Origin: Waddliaceae bacterium
GTDB taxonomy: Bacteria; Chlamydiota; Chlamydiia; Chlamydiales; SLFE01
Reading direction: 5' to 3'
Length of the DNA stretch: 64,000 nucleotides
Assembly (NCBI GenBank): GCA_963771045.1
Contig: CAVYRW010000004.1
Location: forward strand, 96,001 to 160,000
How positions within the stretch are numbered: position 1 is the first letter of the stretch; each line of letters starts with the position of its first letter. The position numbers and the translations under genes are program-made. The notes below the pieces were generated by a model. It was not told the origin of the DNA. It saw only the letters and a list, made by a program, of their open reading frames with translations, and made no database searches. Below are positions 1-9,008 of this stretch, in pieces.

Positions 1-11
1 TGCGGGAGTAT

Positions 12-903
12 ATGCAAAACAAATATCAGATCCCTGCGGTTTATCAGACAAAAGAGGAGTTGTTATTTAAGCTTTCCGAGCTTAAAACTGTGAATCGGGA
101 GAGGCACGAGAATTTGCGGCATCTCTTCGATGAAATCGAGCGGGTTGTTTATGCGGGAGGTCCTCCAGACGAAGAAGAATACCAAAAATCGCAGAAGATT
201 GTAGAAGATGTTATCAATTCCAAATTATGAATATTATGTTCCCATATTTAAGGAAACGATTAAAAATAAGCTTGAAGAGCTTAGCAAACAAAGTTTTTTG
301 CAAAAAATTACCCGCATTGTTCAGCGGGTATTCAAGTACATTGCCGATTGTTGTCTTTTATCAGGAGGCATGTTCATTTGTTTTGGTTTTTTAAACGTCT
401 CTGTTGTCTTGCTGGGAGGGGCGGCGTTTCTTATTAGAGCTATTTGTGCCAATGCTCAAACTCGGGCTATGAAACTGGAAAAAGCCGTAAGCTATTTAAC
501 TAAGGCATCATCTTTTGCCGATGGGGGAGAATATTACAAAGCAGTCGACGAGATCGAAAACGCGCAAAATATCTTGCCCAAAAGCGACATTTCCAATACT
601 CAGATTTACCTCAATCAGTGTCTCAAACATCTTCGTCTTCGAGAAAAATGGAAAGCAATATCTGCGGCGAATCAGTTGATTCAACTGACACAGGAAGAAA
701 TTGATTATTTTTCCCGCCAAAGAAATATTTGGCCCAAGCTTATCGAGTATTTGCAAAGGCAAGTTCGATTCGGAAAAGCTGTCAGAGACCGACACGACAT
801 GGTTTCCCAATCATTGAATACACTTCTTATTTTTGAAAAAAGGGAGTTTCGATGTCTTTATCAAGAGCTTGAGGAGAAAGGGATTTTCCAGGATTTGACA
901 TGA
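12..903 (+). CDS. Hypothetical protein with Inc-like long hydrophobic segment; ORFs 12..230 and 208..903 are probably one frameshifted gene
   Basis: Two overlapping same-strand ORFs. A ~40-aa hydrophobic stretch (IADCCLLSGGMFICFGFLNVSVVLLGGAAFLIRAICA) is followed by a helical TPR-like region. Confidence 0.45.
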
Positions 904-1016
904 ATCGGGAATTTTCTTTAGAGGCGCTATTATTTTTCCGGTTTTGTAATTTCACTTATTGACAGTAAATTGATTACTCTCTACATATTTCGAAAACCTT
1001 TGAAAAAGTAGGGATT

Positions 1017-1231
1017 ATGATTCATGATGCGAGTGATATTTACGCAGATGTTTATGCAAAAAAGCAAGGCTGCAAGGGAGACTTGGACGGAAAGAGATAG
1101 GGGCAACCTATCCTTATCCGGGAAGTTTTGTATCCCTTGCCAATGAATCCGTCACGACATTAAATGTTAAGGCTATTTATCGGAAAATGTTTGAGGAACT
1201 CAAGCTTTTCATTGACAATGCTCTAAATTAA
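1017..1231 (+). pseudogene. Small ORF (~70 aa) broken by a one-base frameshift
   Basis: ATG 1017 (MIHDASDIYADVY...) stops at TAG near 1100. Adding one A in GGAAAGAG opens the frame to TAA near 1231 (...KMFEELKLFIDNALN). Confidence 0.25.
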
Positions 1232-1289
1232 AAGTTCAAAATATATATACCGAATTTTGACTTTTCTTATTATTCATAACGATGGACTT

Positions 1290-2069
1290 TTACTCTTCTC
1301 CGGAGGCTCTCTCGTAGGCGGCAAGAATTGTGTTGATGATGCCGGCGCGGACGGAAGAGTCTTCCATTTCGCGGATGCCTGCGATGGTGGTGCCTCCGGG
1401 AGAGGTAACCTGCCACTTGAGATCGCTTGGACTTTTTCCCGATTCCTTCATGAGTGTCAGGGCCCCTTCCCACATTTCCAGGGCAAGCTGCCGGGAAAGG
1501 CCTGAGGAAAGTCCCATCGCGATACCGGCGTCGATCATCGACTCGATAATCGCAAAGGCAAACGCGGGGCCGCACCCGGCAAGGGCTGTGAGGCCGGAGA
1601 TCTGGTCTTCGTCAATCCAGTGGATGAACCCGAGAGGCGAGAGGGATTTTTGAACCTTATCCCGGATTGCGTCCGTGAGGGTTTCGGTTTTTACGAGCCC
1701 GATAACTCCCTTTCCGAAGGCGCAGGCTATATTGGGCATGGCTCTGACAGTAAGAACCTGTCCAAAGAGCCTCTCAAGCTGAGCGAGCGGGACGCTGCCG
1801 ACAACGCTGATGACAATTTGATCTTGCGTCAGGTGGTCGCTCATTTGACTTGCGGCTTTTTCAATGTCTTTGGGCTTTACAGAAACAATGACAAACTCGC
1901 AGCCGGAAATGGCTTGCTGCAGATTTTTAAATCCTTCGGCTTTGATCTCGTCGGCAAGTTTTTCCACCTTTTCAGCGTCGCGATCGAAGAGATTTACCTG
2001 ATGATGCTGAGCTAGTTTTTTGGCCATGCTGCCACCCATGGCGCCGCATCCGATAACGCAAAATTTCAT
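1290..2069 (-). CDS. proC: Pyrroline-5-carboxylate reductase
   Basis: IGCGAMG Rossmann motif, RAMPN, GCGPAF, VTSPGGTT. Confidence 0.95.
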   Translation of the reverse strand: MKFCVIGCGAMGGSMAKKLAQHHQVNLFDRDAEKVEKLADEIKAEGFKNLQQAISGCEFVIVSVKPKDIEKAASQMSDHLTQDQIVISVVGSVPLAQLERLFGQVLTVRAMPNIACAFGKGVIGLVKTETLTDAIRDKVQKSLSPLGFIHWIDEDQISGLTALAGCGPAFAFAIIESMIDAGIAMGLSSGLSRQLALEMWEGALTLMKESGKSPSDLKWQVTSPGGTTIAGIREMEDSSVRAGIINTILAAYERASGEE

Positions 2070-2071
2070 AT

Positions 2072-3358
2072 TTATTTCCTCACGTGATAGTTGCCTTCAA
2101 CCACCCATTTATAACTTGTCAGCTCTTTTAATCCCATAGGTCCGCGTGCATGCAGTTTTTGCGTGCTGATTGCAACTTCCGCCCCCATGCCGAACTGGCT
2201 GCCATCGGTAAACCTTGTCGATGCGTTGACATAAACGGCCGCCGAGTCGACTTCATGCACAAAATGCTTGGCCCTTTCCTTATTTTGAGTCAATATCCCA
2301 TCGCTGTGGCCGGTGCTGAAAGCGGTAATGTGGTCGATGGCAGCGCCAGCGCTTTCGACAACCTTGATTCCTAAGATAAGATCGAGCCATTCCGTACTCC
2401 AATCCTGCTTTTTGGCCTTTTGTCCCCATGATCTTTGCTTCTCATCGATGAGATCCCATGAAGCCTCATCGAACCGGAAGGAGACATTGCCTTCTTTCAA
2501 CCGTTCCAAAGCCATCGGAACAAATGCCAAAGCGATTTCTTTGTGCACAAGCAGGGTATCTAAAGAGTTGCATACGGTGGGGCGTTGAGTTTTGGCGTTG
2601 TAAATGACTTCAAGAGATCGCTTAAGATCGGCCGACTGGTCGATATAGAGGTGGCAGATGCCGATGCCGCCTGTAATGACGGGAATCCGGCTGTTTTCCC
2701 TGCAAAATTGATGGAGCTTGGCTCCGCCGCGCGGAATGATCATGTCGACAAATTCATGCAGGTGTAAAAGCTCTTTAACCAGGGATCTATCGGGACTGGC
2801 TATAAATTGAATCGCTTCGGGAGGCAGGCCCGCTTCCTTCAAGGCTTTTTGGACGACGCTAACCAAAGCCTTATTTGTCCTGATGGTTTCCGAGCCGCCG
2901 CGTAAAATAGCTGAGTTGCCTGTCTTAATGGCGAGCGAGGAGACGTCGATTGTCACATTGGGGCGCGACTCATAAATGATTCCAAGAGTGCCGATGGAAA
3001 CTCTTTGTTTGGCAATAACGAGGCCGTTTTCTAGTGTTTGCCGGTCGAAGCGTTCTCCGATCGGATCGCCAAGCGATGCGACTCGCTCGACATCGCTGCA
3101 AATTCCCGAGAGCCTCCCCTGAAGAGAGAGTCTGTCGATCATCGCAGCATTCAAACCGTTTTTTTTTCCTTCGTCGATATCTTTTTGATTTTCGGATAAA
3201 ATCAGACCTTCTTCGGCATCGATATATGAGCTCAAAGCGATAAGTGCCTCATTCTTTTGAGAAGTTGAGGCCCTCGATAGGATTTTGGAGGCTTTTTTTG
3301 CCCTCTGTCCGATTTCTTTCATAAACCACTTAAATTCAGGTTCTCTATAAAGTGGCAT
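2072..3358 (-). CDS. proA: Gamma-glutamyl phosphate reductase
   Basis: IYESRPNVT, LRGGSE, IPRGG, CNSLDTLL, NASTRFTDG, ISTQKLHARGPMG. Confidence 0.97.
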   Translation of the reverse strand: MPLYREPEFKWFMKEIGQRAKKASKILSRASTSQKNEALIALSSYIDAEEGLILSENQKDIDEGKKNGLNAAMIDRLSLQGRLSGICSDVERVASLGDPIGERFDRQTLENGLVIAKQRVSIGTLGIIYESRPNVTIDVSSLAIKTGNSAILRGGSETIRTNKALVSVVQKALKEAGLPPEAIQFIASPDRSLVKELLHLHEFVDMIIPRGGAKLHQFCRENSRIPVITGGIGICHLYIDQSADLKRSLEVIYNAKTQRPTVCNSLDTLLVHKEIALAFVPMALERLKEGNVSFRFDEASWDLIDEKQRSWGQKAKKQDWSTEWLDLILGIKVVESAGAAIDHITAFSTGHSDGILTQNKERAKHFVHEVDSAAVYVNASTRFTDGSQFGMGAEVAISTQKLHARGPMGLKELTSYKWVVEGNYHVRK

Positions 3359-3376
3359 CCTTATTGCTTACTAATA

Positions 3377-3570
3377 GTCAACTGCACCTTCCTAAAGGAA
3401 GGAGCTTGTAACTTTCGGTCGAAACCGACGCTACCACCTCAGTGTTGACATACCCGTATTAGCGACAGCAGACGCTAATAGCTGCAAGCTTCCGCAATTG
3501 TAAGGCTTTACCTTTCGCCATGGTTTAGTGCCTGAGACCGAAGCCGTTGCAAACCGATGCTTTAAAGCAA
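3377..3570 (-). ncRNA. Putative TnpB-type omegaRNA (reRNA) scaffold; the guide would be the flank 3376 to ~3357
   Basis: Pairing elements on the minus strand: TGCAACGGCTTC/GAAGCTTGCA, TATTAGCG/CGCTAATA, GTAGC..TCGGT/ACCGA..GTTAC, internal GTCAAC with terminal GTTGAC, and a terminal CCTTCC-TTTA-GGAAGG hairpin. Confidence 0.6.
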
Positions 3571-3576
3571 AAAAAA

Positions 3577-3605
3577 ATTGTAACATGTTTAATATTTAAC
3601 AACAA
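3577..3605 (-). promoter_or_regulatory. Sigma70-type promoter inside the mini-element, pointing toward the omegaRNA and proA
   Basis: Minus strand TTGTTG-N17-TACAAT. Confidence 0.5.
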
Positions 3606-3784
3606 GAGGAGCGAGGTTTCCTCCCAGACTTGAAGGGCTGGGTTTCCATCTCGTCAGTTGGATGAATAAACCGGGGAAAGGTAACTACAGGCAGCAAATT
3701 TTCTTTTTTTCAAGGCCGACTAATTATAGAAGGACACTTTGCGATACGTATGATTGGAGTAACATTCGCCGCACAACGCCTTGA

Positions 3785-5140
3785 TTAACAGAGAAGCTTC
3801 CGCCATGCCCTTAGTTGATCGGGGGTTACTCCCAATCCCGCCAGCCGGCTCTCGTCAATGTGCTCCAAATCCTCGAGGACGTCCTCTGCAAAACCATCAC
3901 GCACCGCCTCTGGCACGCGCTTGTTGGCTTCCTCTCCCACAAACCTTCTCATATTCTCACCCACGAGCCCTTGCAGGATGACCTCTCTAACCACTTCTCT
4001 TCGCTCTTGTCGATACCGTACTCGGACTTCGTCAAAACCCATTGCTTTAATGGTGGAGTCATAAGCCGCGCATGTGCGTAGGTAGGAATAAACATACAAG
4101 TCTACCAGTGGTCGCACATCCTGCATTTCATAGATGGCGATCATCGCCGACATGTAGTCTTCGACACAAACATCACTGAATGCGAGCGGCACGAGGTTAC
4201 CTCGGATAAGAGATATATTTGCAGCCAGACGAGCGGTTCGTTTGTTGACATCGGCAAAGGCCTGCAAGTAACTGATATGAACCAGCAGAAAGATACTCTG
4301 CTCATAGGGATCCTGAATATCCGCTGCCTTTGCGGCAATCTTCTCCAATTGCTGCTCGAGTCTTTTCGGGTCTTCAAAGGGAATGTAGGTTGACCCGCCG
4401 ATACGCACACCATGTTTCCGAACCTTGCCTGCCTCCGCTGGCTCAAGAAGGCCATCGGAAAGGAGATAGTGCAGCGTGCATATCACGTTGCGGCTGACTT
4501 CTAGTTTCGGCGCGTTGTCGACAAGATAACGAATGGCCTCTTTGTGATTCAGAATCATCGCCTTCTCCTCATCAAGCTTTCCCTCAGCGGTATCACCGTG
4601 AAGAAGTAAACGTTCTGTATCAAGAAGCGAGTAAGTGTTGCCCTCAAGACGTGAGGAGTTATAGGACAGGTCAATGATAAGCCTGTTGAAGATCTGATGT
4701 GCGTAGGTCCCCGCAGGATCCTGTCCATTGGCACGCTCACCCGATGCCAGCAGCTGCTGTCGCAAAGCTTCGGGTAAATAGTAGCTAGAGTTAGGCTGAT
4801 AACAGTTGAACCAGCCGTCTGCATATGCGACCGGCTGCCGCTCGAATAAGGGCTTCTTAAGCTCCTGAATAGCTTTCAAGCTGCCGGAACTAAAACAACT
4901 ACTCACCTTATCGGCGACTTCTTCCGATCGACCAGCCGCAAGGTACTTGGTCCCTCGCTTCTGGCCGATTTTTTTTACTGCCCCCTCCTTGATTAAGAGA
5001 CCTAACCATCTCCTGACCGAGCGTTCCTTAAATCCCTTGCCCAGTCGAAGCATAAGCTTAGGCAAACTGATGGGTTCAGATTCCAACCCTAGCTGCCTCA
5101 ATACGGCCATTTTATTGTCACGCAAGCTCATTACGGCCAC
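3785..5140 (-). CDS. Fic-family protein with N-terminal winged-helix DNA-binding domain
   Basis: N-terminal ERSVRRWLGLLIKEGAVKKIGQKRGTKY; YNSSRLEGNT; Fic-like motif YLQAFADVNKRTARL. Confidence 0.88.
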   Translation of the reverse strand: MAVMSLRDNKMAVLRQLGLESEPISLPKLMLRLGKGFKERSVRRWLGLLIKEGAVKKIGQKRGTKYLAAGRSEEVADKVSSCFSSGSLKAIQELKKPLFERQPVAYADGWFNCYQPNSSYYLPEALRQQLLASGERANGQDPAGTYAHQIFNRLIIDLSYNSSRLEGNTYSLLDTERLLLHGDTAEGKLDEEKAMILNHKEAIRYLVDNAPKLEVSRNVICTLHYLLSDGLLEPAEAGKVRKHGVRIGGSTYIPFEDPKRLEQQLEKIAAKAADIQDPYEQSIFLLVHISYLQAFADVNKRTARLAANISLIRGNLVPLAFSDVCVEDYMSAMIAIYEMQDVRPLVDLYVYSYLRTCAAYDSTIKAMGFDEVRVRYRQERREVVREVILQGLVGENMRRFVGEEANKRVPEAVRDGFAEDVLEDLEHIDESRLAGLGVTPDQLRAWRKLLC

Positions 5141-5224
5141 CTCAATCCTCTAATACGGCCATTTTAGCAAAGATACGGCCACTCTTCAAGTATTTTTGGC
5201 CGTATTAACCTCAAAATGGCCGTA
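5102..5224. promoter_or_regulatory. Array of six TACGGCCA boxes over the Fic gene start and promoter (putative operator)
   Basis: TACGGCCA at 5102, 5132, 5154 and 5174; inverted TGGCCGTA at 5197 and 5217. Confidence 0.7.
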
Positions 5225-5239
5225 TCTTGATGAATAAAG

Positions 5240-5367
5240 ATCGGGTAAGAGAACCACGTTGCCGTGGCTCTCTCCCCTAAGAACCGTATGTGAAAGTTTC
5301 CCTTCATACGGCTCAAGCATTTGTAAGGCTCTGTTTTAGAACCCGTACCCTATATTTTCTTTGTGAC
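5240..5367 (-). mobile_element. Group II intron 3' remnant (domains V and VI, 3' splice site)
   Basis: Minus strand GAGCCGTATGAAGGGAAACTTTCACATACGGTTC (domain V), then TTAGGGGAGAGAGCCACGGCAACGTGGTTCTCTTACCCGAT (domain VI ending in AY). Confidence 0.88.
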
Positions 5368-6148
5368 ATTCACTGTGCGGATTCGCCGCCAATGATCCTT
5401 TGGGAAGTTGAAAAATGTCAAACCTTCCCGAATATTTTTCGACTATCTTCTTCAATCGCTGCTCTGCCTCCGAGAGATCCTCTGCTTGGTATATTTTTTT
5501 TCACTGCATCACAAAGCTCCTTTTTCAAAGCTTTTGTCGGAGAATGAAATGCCGCATTTTGCGCTAGATGAAATATGCAGCGCTGCCATGGAACAGAAGG
5601 CATTACACTCCTAAGAGCTGCTCGAAGGCCAGCATGATCGTCGCTGGTAATAAGCTTCACGCCCGTCAAACCTCTTGCGCATAAATCCTCAAGCATCTTC
5701 CTCCAGTGCACTTCTGCTTCTGATAGACTGCAAGTAATACCCAGAACTTCCCGATAACCTTTCTTGTTCACCCCAACCGCTTTGAGGATTGCCAGCGAAC
5801 GGACGCTTCCTTCATATCTAACCTTTTCATACTGGGCATCCAAGTAAAGGTATTCGATTTGTCCAAGGAAACGAGTTTTAAACTTTTCAATTTCCTCATC
5901 CAAAATTTTCGAGCAGCGAGATACCTGCGTTGCTGAAATTTCTTTCCCGTAGAGCTCCTCAGCCATTTTCTTCATTTTCCGGGTCCCAACTCCTTGAATG
6001 TAGGCCTCTGCAAATACAAGCTTGAGGGCTTGTTCTGTGCGCTCTCCTTTCTCTAAACAGCTTGGATAAAACGGCTCGTCTCGAACCTGTGGCACCCGCA
6101 AATGCAACTCGCCATTTCTCGTGAGGAGCTTCTTATCCTTAAAGCCGT
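5368..6148 (-). pseudogene. IS256-family transposase fragment, truncated at both ends and frameshifted
   Basis: LRVPQVRD, YLYLDAQYEKVR, SDDHAGL, WQRCIFH; in another frame FNFPKDHWRRIRTVN. Confidence 0.88.
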
Positions 6149-7769
6149 GTATCCGTTCACGGGGTAACTCTAGGAACGGCTACCGCCTCGCGCGCTACCC
6201 CACAAAAATAATAAAAATTTTATACGGCATAAAATAAGATTTTTATTATTATTCTGGTTGTTCAAAACCACTTTATAACATGAAGCCAACCTACGAAGAA
6301 CTCTTTGAAAAGCTGAATAAAGCCTTGGAGGAAATTGAAATCCTCAAAAAGGAAAACCAGGCACTCAAGGCAAAAGTTAAGGAGCTCGAAGATAAACTCA
6401 ACACCAACTCTTCGAATAGCTCTAAGCCCCCCTCGCAAGATCCCTTCAGAGCTCAAAGAAAGAAGGAACCTACGGGGCGTAAACAGGGAGCACAAAAAGG
6501 TCATAAGGGCCACCCCCGTCAACTAGTTCCAATTAATCAGGTGCAGTCGCTGCATAACATAAAGCCGGACACTTGTCCGAACTGCCACTCCCACTCGTTT
6601 AATTCGGAGGTGGTCAGAACGGATGTACGACAAGTAGTGGAATTACCGGACGCTCCTCCGGAAGTTACTCAATACAACATTCACACCTGTCAGTGTAGCG
6701 GATGTGGTAAGCATGTAAAGGCTGATATTCCCGAAGAAGCGCGATTTGGTTTTGGTCCCCGATTAATGGGTTTCGTCACTTCTCTTTCAGGAGAGTTTAG
6801 ATTATCCAAACGTCAAGTCTGTGCTCTAATGGGCAGACTCAATATTCGGATATGTTCCGGCAGCGTGTGTAAAATCCATGTCCGAGCTAGTCAGATTTTA
6901 AAAGCACCATACGAAGAAATTAGGACACACACTCTAAATGAAGAACATATTTATGCCGATGAAACGAGTTGGAAAACGATGTCGGAAAAGAGATGGATTT
7001 GGGTCGGAAGCGGCAAGGAAACTGTGTTTTTCGCAATCAAGGCTTCACGCAGCAACAAGGCATTCCGCGAGATCTTTGGTTCTTTCAAAGGGGGTTTAAC
7101 AACCGATCGCTATAATGCCTATAATTCGCATGAAGGTCTGCGACAACTTTGCTGGTCGCATGCAGATAGAGATTTTGAAAAGATTGCAGGCAGGGATGGA
7201 TTTGATAAATGGATCGGGGAACGGTTGTTAGAGTGTAAAAAGTCGATATTCAATCTTTGGCATAGCTACAAAAACGGTGAGATTGCAAGGGACGAACTGA
7301 TCGAGAAGATCGAAATAGGCCCAAAAGAAGATTTGAAAGTCCTCCTCAAAGCTGGTGCAATTCACAAAGAATGTTGCAATAAAACGAGGTCGACTTGCGC
7401 TGATTTTTTTGGACGGTTCGAGATGTTATGGGTATTTGCCTATCATGAGAATATCGAACCGACTAACAATACAGCCGAGCAACGTCTTAGAGGCGGAGTC
7501 ATTTGGAGGAAGCTATGCTTTGGCTCACAATCAGAAGAAGGTGAGCGATTTGTCGAACGGGTGTTAACAGTTGGTATGACATTGAAGTTACGTGCTCAAA
7601 ATTCGTTCGATTATTTTACCGAATGTTTTAAAGCATACATTCATGGCGGACAAGCGCCGCCGATATTTTCAAAATAGAAAACGGTTTCCTACGACACAAA
7701 TTCACGAGGTAGTTCTCGGTTAACAAAACGTGTTAGAAGTTTACGATTCCCCCTGGGGGGGGGGTACCC
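6149..7769 (+). mobile_element. IS66-family element (single-ORF type); right inverted repeat cut by ISAs1
   Basis: Left end GTATCCGTTCACGGGGTAAC. Only ...TACCCC of the matching right end remains before the ISAs1 IR. Confidence 0.8.
6280..7677 (+). CDS. IS66-family transposase
   Basis: NSSNSSKPPSQD, GAQKGHKG, zinc finger, YADET, TDRYNAY, QLCWSH, PTNNTAEQRLR. Confidence 0.93.
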   Translation: MKPTYEELFEKLNKALEEIEILKKENQALKAKVKELEDKLNTNSSNSSKPPSQDPFRAQRKKEPTGRKQGAQKGHKGHPRQLVPINQVQSLHNIKPDTCPNCHSHSFNSEVVRTDVRQVVELPDAPPEVTQYNIHTCQCSGCGKHVKADIPEEARFGFGPRLMGFVTSLSGEFRLSKRQVCALMGRLNIRICSGSVCKIHVRASQILKAPYEEIRTHTLNEEHIYADETSWKTMSEKRWIWVGSGKETVFFAIKASRSNKAFREIFGSFKGGLTTDRYNAYNSHEGLRQLCWSHADRDFEKIAGRDGFDKWIGERLLECKKSIFNLWHSYKNGEIARDELIEKIEIGPKEDLKVLLKAGAIHKECCNKTRSTCADFFGRFEMLWVFAYHENIEPTNNTAEQRLRGGVIWRKLCFGSQSEEGERFVERVLTVGMTLKLRAQNSFDYFTECFKAYIHGGQAPPIFSK

Positions 7770-9008
7770 CAGGGAAATTGCATGAAGAAATGATTTAACA
7801 CTTTCCCGTCAAAATATTTATCATATACTGCTTATTCCAACCTGCTTTTGATCGCTTATTTTTGATACCTGCTTTTGTTTTCTTGTCTGCTTTAAGTAAA
7901 TTCAAAGTTGATCGTCGAATTATCGAAAAATTTTCCGCACCATTATCTTTTCGAACTTTGCTTCCATCTTCTCCATAAGAAACATCAAGCTGCCAATGAA
8001 GTTTGTTTTCAATCGACCAATGACTTCTTATGGCTTTTCCTATTCTTTCCGCATCGCCCTTTATACTTGATATATAATACCTTAGCTCTACTGTCTCTTT
8101 CTCTTTTACAATCCTTGTGCTCCTTACACAAGCCAGAGATGATAAACCTTTCCATTCTTCCACTTGCGGCAACCAATCAAGATTCGATGTTACCCACACC
8201 TCTCTTTTCTCAAAACGATTTCTTGATTTTTCCTCCGTTATATAGTATTCACATTCAGCTTCTTCCGGCTTAAGGTTAAGCGCTTGATTAAAAAAATGTT
8301 CCGCTTCAGCGTATAAATTTTCCTGATTCCTCTTAAGTCCGAATACGTAATCGCCTCCTTTTTCGCGGATTAGAGATGCGATTGTTTTTTGGCAGCCAGC
8401 TGCATCTATTGTCACAGTAGCTTTTTTTAAATCCAACATCTCAATCAATAATGGAAATGCTGTTATCTCATTTGATTTGGCCTCAGTGGCCAATTGCCCT
8501 AATACAAGATCATTCTCGGCTGAGAATGCGCTTACCAAATGAATAGCTTGTGTACCGCAACTTTTAGAGTTGCAAATAGTCTTTCCATCCAAAGCTATGA
8601 CACCTTCAACGGCTTTAGAAATTTTCTGGGTCCAAGAGAGGAAACATTTTTCGAATGCAACAGGGTCTACATAGCGGAAAAAACGACTAAAAGTATCATG
8701 TGAAGGAGTACCATTTTCTCCAATGCCGTACTGTTTAAGCCAGTCTTGGTTAGATTCGCCCCATAAGGCGACATCAACCCAGTCATCGGCACTACAAAGA
8801 ACCCCGAGTATGGCTATAGTTAAAATATCGAATAACGGATATTTTTGATTTCTCGATTCCCTAGGATCAGGCAGGACGGAAAAGCTAATCATGATTGATG
8901 TCTCACTTATAAGATTTTGAGATGACATTATATACCTCCATTTTAAGAAGGTAAAGTCTTCAAAATCTGGCTTGACATGTCAAATCATTTCTTCATGCAA
9001 TTTCCCTG
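7770..9008 (-). mobile_element. ISAs1-family element, copy 1, no target duplication
   Basis: IRs CAGGGAAATTGCATGAAGAAATGATTT at 7770 and its reverse complement ending at 9008. Confidence 0.92.
7795..8928 (-). CDS. ISAs1-family transposase
   Basis: PDPR, PSHDTF, ALDGKT, KSNEI, IDAAGCQ, HWSIENKLHWQLDV. Confidence 0.95.
   Translation of the reverse strand: MSSQNLISETSIMISFSVLPDPRESRNQKYPLFDILTIAILGVLCSADDWVDVALWGESNQDWLKQYGIGENGTPSHDTFSRFFRYVDPVAFEKCFLSWTQKISKAVEGVIALDGKTICNSKSCGTQAIHLVSAFSAENDLVLGQLATEAKSNEITAFPLLIEMLDLKKATVTIDAAGCQKTIASLIREKGGDYVFGLKRNQENLYAEAEHFFNQALNLKPEEAECEYYITEEKSRNRFEKREVWVTSNLDWLPQVEEWKGLSSLACVRSTRIVKEKETVELRYYISSIKGDAERIGKAIRSHWSIENKLHWQLDVSYGEDGSKVRKDNGAENFSIIRRSTLNLLKADKKTKAGIKNKRSKAGWNKQYMINILTGKC

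Larger units (their letters stand above)
3377..3665 (-). mobile_element. Non-autonomous IS200/IS605-family element with no ORF, retaining both end hairpins
   Basis: On the minus strand it starts after TTTAT with the hairpin GGAAACCCAGCCCTTCAAGTCTGGGAGGAAACC. It ends CAAGCTCCTTCCTTTAGGAAGGTGCAGTTGAC, a typical tnpB-element right end. Confidence 0.8.

Noticed and set aside
3769..3790. CACAACGCC/TAAC near the Fic stop as an attC site or IS903-type end
   Set aside because: The match is too short, with no partner repeat or integrase.
5102..5224. TACGGCCA repeats as a mini-CRISPR
   Set aside because: The units are only 8-10 bp, occur in both orientations with 12-22 bp gaps, and there are no cas genes.
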